Below, in pieces: positions 50,212-58,716 of a stretch of DNA of 64,000 nt. The notes beneath the pieces were generated by a model. The model saw nothing but the letters and a program-made list of their open reading frames with translations, made no database searches and had not been told where the DNA came from. The position numbers and the translations under genes are program-made. Source of the DNA: Candidatus Avelusimicrobium aviculae. GTDB taxonomy: Bacteria; Elusimicrobiota; Elusimicrobia; Elusimicrobiales; Elusimicrobiaceae. Location: positions 880-64,879 of the forward strand of contig CALUXF010000007.1 of the NCBI GenBank assembly GCA_944324655.1, given 5' to 3'. Every line of letters begins with the position of its first letter. Position 1 is the stretch's first letter.

Positions 50212-50877
50212 GTGTTTACGGAAATTGAGCGTATCATTGGATACAGCTTCAAAAATAAAGAAGTTTTAAAGGAAGCACTCACTCACAAGTCTTTTGCCGG
50301 GGAACACCGCAGCGCCAAACATAACGAGCGCCTGGAGTTCCTGGGGGACAGCATATTAGGAGCTATCGTTGCGGATTATATCTACAACCAATGCCCTCAT
50401 GTGGAAGAGGGAGTGCTTTCTAAAATTAAATCTAACTTGGTTTCACGCCATAATCTTTATTTTTGGGGTAAAGAGATGGACTTAGGGTCTTTTATTGCCT
50501 TGGGTCACGGTGAAATTGCCACGGGCGGCCGTACGCGCGACAGTATTATCTCCAACGCGGTGGAAGCCGTAATCGGCGCCGTATATATAGACGGCGGATA
50601 CCAAGCGGCCGAAGCGGTAGTTTTGCCTTGGGTAAAAACCCAACATTTAACGCAGGACAGCGGGGATTTTAAAAGTTTATTGCAGGAGTTTGTGCAAAAA
50701 CGCAGCAAACACACCCCGTTGTATGAAGTGATACAAACCGTTGGACCGGAACATGATAAAGTTTTTACCGTACGGGTTAGTTTAGACGGTAAAGAACTGG
50801 GCATAGGCAAGGGCCGCAATAAAAAACAGGCAGAGCAAAGCGCTGCGGAAAACGCGTTTGAGCACTTAAAAAAATAA
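50212..50877 (+). CDS. rnc: Ribonuclease III
   Basis: HNERLEFLGDSIL, dsRBD (GRNKKQAEQSAA). Confidence 0.97.
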   Translation: MFTEIERIIGYSFKNKEVLKEALTHKSFAGEHRSAKHNERLEFLGDSILGAIVADYIYNQCPHVEEGVLSKIKSNLVSRHNLYFWGKEMDLGSFIALGHGEIATGGRTRDSIISNAVEAVIGAVYIDGGYQAAEAVVLPWVKTQHLTQDSGDFKSLLQEFVQKRSKHTPLYEVIQTVGPEHDKVFTVRVSLDGKELGIGKGRNKKQAEQSAAENAFEHLKK

Positions 50878-50881
50878 GTTT

Positions 50882-52222
50882 ATGGATAAAAAAACCACCT
50901 CTAAAATAACCGCCCCTATCGGGAAGATACAGGTCAAAGTACAAGAATCTTTGCTCCGTAAACCCTTGGTATGGGTGGGTATTTTGGCGGTGGTTCCTTT
51001 TGTAATAATGTTTGCTTTTACATTTAAAAGCGGGTTTACTCCTTCTGACGGAAACAGAAAGATAGAAAAAATCATCGTATCTAAAACCCCTATGGAAATG
51101 GCCGAAGAGGCCACCCAGGCTTTGCAGCGTAATGACGTGCAAAGTTTTTTTGACATTATAGAGAAAGCCAAAGATTATAATTTGGTCAACAGCAAGGGGG
51201 ACTCTATGCTCCTGGTAGCTGTTTCTTTAGGAAATTATGATGCGGTGCTTCGCTTATTGTCTTTAGGGGCGGATGTAAATAAGCAAAATTCTTACACGCG
51301 CGACACGCCTGTTCTGCGCAGTTTATATACCAATCATGATGATATTACCCGCTTGTTAGTGGCGTCTGACGCTAATTTGAATTTAGAAAACAACTACCGT
51401 CATTCACCCATATTTGTAGCCGTGGAACGCCAAAAAGGCGAATTTGTGGATTTGTTTATTACTTCCGGCGCGCAGGCGGGTATTAATTCCGATAATCTGT
51501 TCCGCTGGGTAACCAAACGCAATTTAATAGGCATATTGGCTATGTTAAAAGGCGGTATTGACCCCAATGTAAAAAATGAACAGGGCAATACCCCGCTTAT
51601 TATCGCGGCTTCTTTGGGGGATGTGGAGGCCGTGCGCAATTTACTGGCCTATCGGGCTGACCCCAATGCCGCAAATAAAGACGGGAACACCGCCTTAATT
51701 TATGCCGCCCGTTATAACCACCCGCAAATTATTTATGAATTGATGCGCCCCTACTCATTGGTGGCTCCGGTAGACGTGAATATTCAAAACAAACAGGGGC
51801 AAACGGCTTTGTATTGGGCGGCTTCCCGTGGGTATGAGGAAGCGGTAAAGCGTTTGCTGGCCGCTAATACCAACCGTGACCTGAAGGATAAAGACGGCTT
51901 AACCGCGCGTGACATAGCGCAAAAAAAAGGCCGCCGCAACATTGTGGCTTTGTTTGATATGGATCCTACGGCATTAAAGAATATGGTGACAGAAATGGAT
52001 AATGCCCGTATTGCCGAACGAAAACGCCAGGAAGAAGCCGCCAAAGCCAAAGAGCTTGCTGAAAAACAGAAGCAAGAGGCCGCCCAGGCCCAAGCCCAAA
52101 AGCAGGCCGGCTATATTGGCCGCCGGCGCCGCCAGAAAAAGAAGGAAATGGTGCAGCCCACTTCCGCGCTGGACCAGCAAACCCCTACCCGCAATGCTTT
52201 TTCCCGTCGCAACCGTCAATAA
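50882..52222 (+). CDS. Membrane-anchored ankyrin-repeat protein
   Basis: One TM helix, about seven ankyrin repeats (GNTPLIIAA, GNTALIYAA, GQTALYWAA), coiled-coil and basic C-tail. Confidence 0.92.
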   Translation: MDKKTTSKITAPIGKIQVKVQESLLRKPLVWVGILAVVPFVIMFAFTFKSGFTPSDGNRKIEKIIVSKTPMEMAEEATQALQRNDVQSFFDIIEKAKDYNLVNSKGDSMLLVAVSLGNYDAVLRLLSLGADVNKQNSYTRDTPVLRSLYTNHDDITRLLVASDANLNLENNYRHSPIFVAVERQKGEFVDLFITSGAQAGINSDNLFRWVTKRNLIGILAMLKGGIDPNVKNEQGNTPLIIAASLGDVEAVRNLLAYRADPNAANKDGNTALIYAARYNHPQIIYELMRPYSLVAPVDVNIQNKQGQTALYWAASRGYEEAVKRLLAANTNRDLKDKDGLTARDIAQKKGRRNIVALFDMDPTALKNMVTEMDNARIAERKRQEEAAKAKELAEKQKQEAAQAQAQKQAGYIGRRRRQKKKEMVQPTSALDQQTPTRNAFSRRNRQ

Positions 52223-52535
52223 GACGTCTAAACGTTTTTCAATCCGCCCCAACAAATAATTGGGGCGGATTTTTTAATATTTTACATCTCAGGGGCGTAA
52301 GCCGGGGGCGTTGCTTCGTAAATACATTGCACAATAAAGCCCAAATATAACCCCAGTGGTCAATTAGGCGAAGGATTTGCCTATGTTAATGATATTCAGG
52401 ACGGGAAACCAAGAAATTCCCCATAGTATTTCATAAAGCGTTCAAAATACGCCGAAATGGGTACATTGATAAGGCACCGCATTATCTATAAAAAGCCGTT
52501 CATAAACGGATGGATATTTATTTAAAACAGGCAAT

Positions 52536-52568
52536 AAAAAACCGCACGCTTTTTAGCGTGCGGTTTTT
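52536..52568 (-). terminator. Terminator after asnS
   Basis: AAAAAACCGCACGCT-TTTT-AGCGTGCGGTTTTT. Confidence 0.88.
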
Positions 52569-52581
52569 GACAACAGAAGGG

Positions 52582-53880
52582 TTACGGATGGATTTTATCC
52601 ATCATGCGCGGGAACGGAATTGTTTCACGCACGTGCTGTAAACCGCAAATCCAGCGTACCATGCGTTCAATTCCCATACCAAAGCCGGAATGAGGCACAC
52701 TGCCGTAGCGGCGCAAATCCAAATACCAATCGTATCCTTGCGGGTCCAGCCCTTGTTCTTTTATACGGGCAAGCAGGGCGTCATAATCGGCTTCTCTTTC
52801 ACTTCCGCCGATAATCTCCCCGGCGCCTTCCGGCCCAATCACGTCCACCGCCAGCACCACTTTGGGGTTTTTGGGGTCGCGTTTCATATAAAAGGCTTTA
52901 ATGGCGGCCGGGTAGCGGTGAATCATAATCGGGGTATCGTAATCTTCACCCAGCAGGGTTTCTTCGTCCCCGCCTATATCGCCGCCCCAAGGGGTATTGT
53001 TGCCTTTTTTGTGCAGGATTTCAATCGCGTCCGTATAATCAATGCGGGGAAATTTCTTTTCCACCGTGGCTTGCAGTTTGGCGGTGTCGCGTTCCAAGGT
53101 TTTTAAATCGTCTGCGCGGTTTTTAAGCACTTGGCCCACAATGTATTTAATAAAGTCTTCAGCCAAGTCCATATTATCGTCTAAATCATTATAAGCCACT
53201 TCCGGTTCCACCATCCAAAATTCAGTCAAATGGCGGCGGGTTTTGCTTTTCTCGGCGCGGAAGGTGGGGCCAAAGCAATAGGTGCGGCCCAAAGCCATGG
53301 CGGAGGCTTCCCCATACAGCTGACCGCTTTGGGAGAGAAAAGCTTTTTCGCCAAAGTAATCGGTTTCAAACAAGGTGCTGGTTCCTTCGCAGGCGGCGGG
53401 GGTTAAAATAGGGGAATCGGAAAGGATAAAACCGTTTTTGTGTAAATACTCACGGATAGCAAAAATGATTTCATCGCGTATGCGCAAAATAGCCGTTTGT
53501 TTGGCGGAGCGCAGCCACAAGTGGCGGTAGTGCATTAAAAATTCCGGACCGTGCTCTTTTGGGGAGATGGGGTAGTCTTTCGCCATTTGCAGCACTTCCA
53601 AATTTTTTACGCCCAGTTCATAGCCCAGGGGGGAGCGTTTGTCTTCCCGCACCGTGCCGGTAACCAGGATAGAGGACTCTTGGGTTACTTTATCGCCCAA
53701 TTCAAATTGTTCGGGGGAAACTTCGCCTTTAAACATGACGCATTGGATAATGCCGCTACCGTCACGCAACTGTAAAAAGTGTAATTTTCCGCTGGAGCGT
53801 TTGTTATACAGCCAGCCCTTTAAAGTGATTTCTTGGCCTAGATATTGGCCCACGTCTTTGACGCGAATTTTACTAGACAT
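52582..53880 (-). CDS. asnS: Asparagine--tRNA ligase
   Basis: [49 protein letters not shown]. Confidence 0.97.
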   Translation of the reverse strand: MSSKIRVKDVGQYLGQEITLKGWLYNKRSSGKLHFLQLRDGSGIIQCVMFKGEVSPEQFELGDKVTQESSILVTGTVREDKRSPLGYELGVKNLEVLQMAKDYPISPKEHGPEFLMHYRHLWLRSAKQTAILRIRDEIIFAIREYLHKNGFILSDSPILTPAACEGTSTLFETDYFGEKAFLSQSGQLYGEASAMALGRTYCFGPTFRAEKSKTRRHLTEFWMVEPEVAYNDLDDNMDLAEDFIKYIVGQVLKNRADDLKTLERDTAKLQATVEKKFPRIDYTDAIEILHKKGNNTPWGGDIGGDEETLLGEDYDTPIMIHRYPAAIKAFYMKRDPKNPKVVLAVDVIGPEGAGEIIGGSEREADYDALLARIKEQGLDPQGYDWYLDLRRYGSVPHSGFGMGIERMVRWICGLQHVRETIPFPRMMDKIHP

Positions 53881-54093
53881 ATTCTTCCTCTTACAATGAA
53901 ATAAAATACTTATTATATTTTAGCTTTTTGAGGGGGAAAATAAAACCGCCTCATTTACAGGGAAAAGAAGAAACGATTATTTTTATTTTTTTCCGCCGAG
54001 GAGTACAGTAAAAAATTTTTATTTTTAGGTTTGTATATGCTATAATAAATATGTTCTTAGAAGTTCCCGCGCTAAGAAATCCAACCAAATTTC

Positions 54094-54169
54094 GGGCGTG
54101 TAGCTCAGCTGGGAGAGCGCCTCGTTCGCAACGAGGAGGTCGTCGGTTCGATCCCGATCACGTCCACCA
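54094..54169 (+). tRNA. tRNA-Ala(CGC)
   Basis: GGGCGTG/CACGTCC acceptor with G3:U70, CCTCG-TTCGCAA-CGAGG anticodon arm, TTCGATC T-loop, encoded CCA. Confidence 0.96.
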
Positions 54170-54452
54170 TTTTAAACACCACGCTTAAGCGTGGTTTTTT
54201 ATTTCATAAGAGGCGCTGGAACGCTTCCGAAGTGAGCGCAGGAGGTCGTTCGGGCGGGTCCGGGTCACGTCCACCATTTTAAACACCACGCTTAGGCGTG
54301 GTTTTTTATTTCATAAGAGGCGCTGGAACGCTTCCGAAGTGAGCGCAGGAGGTCGCTCGGGCGGGTCCGGGTCACGTCCACCATTTTAAACACCACGCTT
54401 AGGCGTGGTTTTTTATTTCATAAGAGGCGCTGGAACTCTTCCGAAGTAGCGC
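54170..54452 (+). repeat. 107-bp tandem repeat (two full units plus one partial) of terminator, spacer and a degenerate tRNA-Ala-like segment
   Basis: TCACGTCCACCA begins at 54158, 54265 and 54372; units 54170-54276 and 54277-54383 differ at two positions; partial unit 54384-54452. Confidence 0.95.
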
Positions 54453-54601
54453 TTTTAATACATATGGCCCAACCTCCGCTTTATCTCTTGTTTGGGACCG
54501 CTTTCCAAAAGCTGTTCTGCAAACGCAGGGCGGCTTGTTTAATCCGGGTTTTGACGGAGATATTTCTATTCTTTCCTCTTAAAATGCTAAAATAAAACTA
54601 T

Positions 54602-55831
54602 ATGGCTAAATTAGTACGCGGGTTTAGAGATATTTTTGAACCCCAATCCCAAAATTTTACTGAGCTGGAAAACTGCGCCCGCGGCGTATTTTCCTTATAT
54701 GGCTTTGGCGAACTGCGCCTGCCTACCGTGGAACTGAAAGAATTATTCGTTAAATCCACCGGCGAAACGACGGACATCGTCCAAAAAGAAATGTATGCGT
54801 TTGAGGACGCCGGCCACCGCCAGTTGGCTATCCGCCCGGAAGGCACTCCCGGCGTGGTGCGCGCCTATTTGGAAAATAACTTTGTGCAGGCCGCGCCCGT
54901 GCAAAAATTTTATTACATCGGCAATATGTTCCGCGCGGAACGCCCCCAGGCGGGCCGCTACCGTGAGTTTGAGCAAATCGGCGCGGAATATATCGGCAAT
55001 TCCGCCCCGGCGGCGGATGCGGAAGTGATTTTGATGTTAAAAGACATCGTTTCGCGTTTTGGCGCAAAAAACTATTGCGTTAAAATTAACAGCCTGGGGT
55101 GTGACAAATGCCGCCCGCTTTACCGCCAAGCTTTAATTGATTTCTTGTCTAAAGAAAAAGACACTTTGTGCGAAAACTGCCAAACCCGTTTGGAGAAGAA
55201 CCCTCTTCGCGTTTTAGACTGCAAGATAGACGGCGCCCGCTTTGCCGGCCGCGTGCCCACCATGCAGCTCTGCCCGGAGTGCCAAGCCCATTTTGACGAA
55301 GTGCAATCCCTTTTAAAAGGCAAGATAGACTTTGTGGTAGACCCTATGCTTGTGCGCGGGCTGGATTATTATTCCCGCACCGTGTTTGAGTTTCAAGCGG
55401 GGGACGCTTCCCAAAACGCCATAGCGGCCGGCGGCCGTTATGATACGCTGGTTAAAAATATGGGCGGGCCCGCCACGCCGGCTATCGGCTGGGCGATGGG
55501 GGCAGAACGCGTGATAGCCGCCCGGGGGGAAGTAACCCGCCCGCAGCCAAAAAGCGTGTGTGTGGTGTCTATGGACAAACAATGCAACGAAACAGCTTTT
55601 AATATCATGCAGTCTTTGCGTGAGGCGGGCATCCGCACCGAAGGCGGACTTTTTGATAAAAACATCAAAGGCCAAATGAAACAGGCCGACCGCTGCCACG
55701 CTTCTTACGCGGTTATTTTAGGGACGGACGAACTGGCTCAGCGCCAAGCCACTTTTAAAGACTTGGCCACCGGGGAACAGAAAAAGATTTCATTTGACGT
55801 ATTAACCCAAGAGGTAAAAAAAGCATTATGA
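54602..55831 (+). CDS. hisS: Histidine--tRNA ligase
   Basis: RPEGTPG, FRAERPQAGRYREFEQ, LVRGLDYY, GGRYD. Confidence 0.97.
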   Translation: MAKLVRGFRDIFEPQSQNFTELENCARGVFSLYGFGELRLPTVELKELFVKSTGETTDIVQKEMYAFEDAGHRQLAIRPEGTPGVVRAYLENNFVQAAPVQKFYYIGNMFRAERPQAGRYREFEQIGAEYIGNSAPAADAEVILMLKDIVSRFGAKNYCVKINSLGCDKCRPLYRQALIDFLSKEKDTLCENCQTRLEKNPLRVLDCKIDGARFAGRVPTMQLCPECQAHFDEVQSLLKGKIDFVVDPMLVRGLDYYSRTVFEFQAGDASQNAIAAGGRYDTLVKNMGGPATPAIGWAMGAERVIAARGEVTRPQPKSVCVVSMDKQCNETAFNIMQSLREAGIRTEGGLFDKNIKGQMKQADRCHASYAVILGTDELAQRQATFKDLATGEQKKISFDVLTQEVKKAL

Positions 55832-57573
55832 AAAGAACCAATTATTGTGGGGAGGTAACCTCCAAATTTTTAGGCACGCGCCAAACCCTTTGCGGGTGGG
55901 TGAACAGCTACCGCGACCACGGCGGCGTACTGTTTATAGACCTGCGTGACCGCAGCGGCATATGCCAAGTGGTGGTGGAGCCTTCCAAACCGTTTTTTAA
56001 CGAAGCGTCAACCGTGCGCAATGAATATGTGATAGAAGTTACCGGCACGGTAACCAAACGTATTGAGGGCGCCGTAAACGCAAATATGAAAACCGGGGAA
56101 ATTGAACTGGTGGCGGAAGAATTTAAAATTTTAAACACGTCTATTCCTCTTCCTTTTGATGTGGAAAAATCCCGCTCGGTAACGGAAGAAACCCGCTTAA
56201 AATACCGCTACCTGGATTTGCGCAACCCAAAAATGTACGCCAATTTATTGTTGCGCCACCGCTTGTCCCAGGCGGCCCGGCGGTATTTGGACGGGCAGGG
56301 CTTTTTAGAAGTGGAAACCCCTATTTTAACCCGCTCCACGCCGGAAGGCGCGCGCGATTATTTGGTTCCTTCCCGCGTGCACCATGGGGAGTTTTACGCC
56401 CTTCCCCAAAGCCCTCAGATGTTTAAGCAAACGTTAATGGCCAGCGGGATTGACCGCTACTTCCAACTGGCGCGCTGTTTCCGCGATGAAGACTTGCGCG
56501 CGGACCGCCAGCCCGAGCATACGCAGATTGATATGGAAATGTCTTTCGTTACCATTAATGATATTCACGAGGTGGTGGAAGGCTTAATGAAAACGCTTTT
56601 TGCTACCGCGGGGGAAGATATTTCCGTTCCGTTCCCAAAAATTCCTTATAAAGAAGCCATGAGCAAATACGGTTCCGACAAGCCTGACTTGCGCTATGAT
56701 TTGGAAATGAAAGATGTTTCCGGCGTGTTCAAAAATACTTCTTTTAAAGTATTTGCTGACGTGTTGGGAAAAGGGGGGGAAGTTCGCTCTCTCGTATCCC
56801 AAGGCGGGGCCGCCACGCCGCGCGCGCAGGTGGATAAGCTGGTGGATTTGGCTAAAAAGAACGGTGCCAAAGGCTTGGTATGGTTCAAATACAAAGAAGG
56901 GAAGCTGGACAGCCCTTCCGCCAAATTCTTTACCGAACAGGAACTGAAAGATTTAATCACCCACAGCGGCGCCCAAGAGGGAGATTTAATTTTACTGGGG
57001 AGCGACCAGTTCGCCCCGCTGTGCGCTTTTATGGGGGCCTTGCGCAAAGAATTGGTTAAAAATTTCACCCCCAAGTGTAAGTGGGCTTTTGCCTGGATTA
57101 CGGATTTCCCGCTTTTGGAATACGTGCCGGAAGAAGACCGCTGGGACGCGGCCCACAACCCTTTTACGGCCGCCCACGAAGAAGATTTGGATAAGCTGGA
57201 AACGGACCCCGGCTCCGTGCGTTCCTATCAGTTTGACTTGGTGCTTAACGGCAACGAGCTGGCCTCCGGCTCCGTGCGCAACTGCCGCCGGGACGTGCAG
57301 GAACGCATTTTGGCTTTGATGAAACACTCTAAAGAAGAGTCCGCCCGCCGTTTTGGCATGTTGTTAAACGCGTTGGAAGCGGGCGCGCCTCCTCACGGCG
57401 GCATTGGCCTGGGGCTGGACCGCATTACCGCGCTTTTGGCGGGGGAAGAGTCTATCCGTGAGGTTATCGCTTTCCCCAAAACGGCGCAGGCCGTCTGCCC
57501 GTTGACGGATTCCCCCAACGTGGTGGACGATATCCAGTTAAAAGAATTGGCTTTAGCTATTGTAAAAGAATAG
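55828..57573 (+). CDS. aspS: Aspartate--tRNA ligase
   Basis: RDHGGVLF, LPQSPQMFKQ, FRDEDLRADRQPE, PPHGGIGLGLDR. Confidence 0.97.
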   Translation: MKRTNYCGEVTSKFLGTRQTLCGWVNSYRDHGGVLFIDLRDRSGICQVVVEPSKPFFNEASTVRNEYVIEVTGTVTKRIEGAVNANMKTGEIELVAEEFKILNTSIPLPFDVEKSRSVTEETRLKYRYLDLRNPKMYANLLLRHRLSQAARRYLDGQGFLEVETPILTRSTPEGARDYLVPSRVHHGEFYALPQSPQMFKQTLMASGIDRYFQLARCFRDEDLRADRQPEHTQIDMEMSFVTINDIHEVVEGLMKTLFATAGEDISVPFPKIPYKEAMSKYGSDKPDLRYDLEMKDVSGVFKNTSFKVFADVLGKGGEVRSLVSQGGAATPRAQVDKLVDLAKKNGAKGLVWFKYKEGKLDSPSAKFFTEQELKDLITHSGAQEGDLILLGSDQFAPLCAFMGALRKELVKNFTPKCKWAFAWITDFPLLEYVPEEDRWDAAHNPFTAAHEEDLDKLETDPGSVRSYQFDLVLNGNELASGSVRNCRRDVQERILALMKHSKEESARRFGMLLNALEAGAPPHGGIGLGLDRITALLAGEESIREVIAFPKTAQAVCPLTDSPNVVDDIQLKELALAIVKE

Positions 57574-57641
57574 TAAACACCCCGGGCAAGCCCGGGGTTA
57601 TTTTTACACGCTTTAGCGTTTTATGGCATAATAAAAATAGT

Positions 57642-58664
57642 ATGAAGATAACGCGTTTTTGCTTTTCTGTTTTACTCTTTGCGGCGGCCTGTTCTCCTTC
57701 CGGACAGGGGGACGACTTGGCTTCCGCCCGGCCCACGCGTGAAGCCAATGTGGCGCGTTATTTGGCCAAAGCCAAAGAAAACCAACGCTTGGCGCAAGAA
57801 CGCCGCCAACCTATTAACGCCCAAAAACCGGTTAATGTGGAGCAGGTTAAAACCCAGGCGGGGGAGGACTTCTTTCCTACCCTGCCTGCGGAAATGGCCG
57901 CGGTAAAAGCCAATTTAGAAAAACGCGTGCGTGATGAATACGGTGAGGCTGCCGCCGCCCAAGCGGGCGCTATTATTTTGGCCTACCATAAAGACGCGCA
58001 AGCCGCCGCCAAGCAAGCCCAAAACCCGCAAGAAATGGCCGCCGCTTTACGCCGGTTGGATGAACAATACCAGCAAAAATTAAACGCTTTTTTAGATGAG
58101 CAAGTGGCTCTGAAGTGGGTTATTCCCACGCAAAAGCAGTTGGATTTGGCTCGCGCGGAAATGGAACATAAAAATAAAGAGATGTTAAAAAATATAGGGG
58201 AATTATACGGGCCCGTCTGCGCGCAAAAAGCGGAACCGGTATTAAAAACGGCGGTTGAAAACTATATGCAGGTGTTTGCCTCTGCCAAAGACGGAGCGGA
58301 AATGCAGCGGCGCAGCCGGGAGGTTATGCAAGACTCAGACGCGCAGCTGGCCGCCATTGTGGCCCAATACGGGGACCCGAAAGGCCCCATGAGCGAGGAA
58401 GACCTGCAGGCTATGCGCGCGGAAATGATTGCCGCCTATCAGGAAGTGGAAAACAAGTTTGAGCGTTTGTACGGGCAAGAAGCCGTGGCGCAAATACGCC
58501 CGTTTTTTAATCAAATTTTAAAAAATGCCGCCGCTGTAGGCGCGGCGGATACGCGCCAAAGCTATAAACGGGAAGAATTGGACCGTTTAAATAAGATTTA
58601 TCAAGAGCAGCTGGCCAATATGCAAAAACGTTTTAACGAACGTATCAAACAAAGAGCAAAATGA
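57642..58664 (+). CDS. Hypothetical helical-repeat lipoprotein
   Basis: Lipobox FAAAC; three roughly 60-aa repeats starting EYG, LYG, LYG. Confidence 0.75.
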   Translation: MKITRFCFSVLLFAAACSPSGQGDDLASARPTREANVARYLAKAKENQRLAQERRQPINAQKPVNVEQVKTQAGEDFFPTLPAEMAAVKANLEKRVRDEYGEAAAAQAGAIILAYHKDAQAAAKQAQNPQEMAAALRRLDEQYQQKLNAFLDEQVALKWVIPTQKQLDLARAEMEHKNKEMLKNIGELYGPVCAQKAEPVLKTAVENYMQVFASAKDGAEMQRRSREVMQDSDAQLAAIVAQYGDPKGPMSEEDLQAMRAEMIAAYQEVENKFERLYGQEAVAQIRPFFNQILKNAAAVGAADTRQSYKREELDRLNKIYQEQLANMQKRFNERIKQRAK

Positions 58665-58716
58665 TAAAAAATAAATCCCGGTGTGTTGGAATTCGGGTTT
58701 TGACCATATTTAGATT

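Noticed and set aside
54170-54452. CRISPR array
   Set aside because: Units are near-identical along their whole length with no unique spacers, and there are no cas genes.
54485-54530. T-box antiterminator-like TGGGACC upstream of hisS
   Set aside because: No flanking A1 helix, terminator or Stem I/specifier loop.
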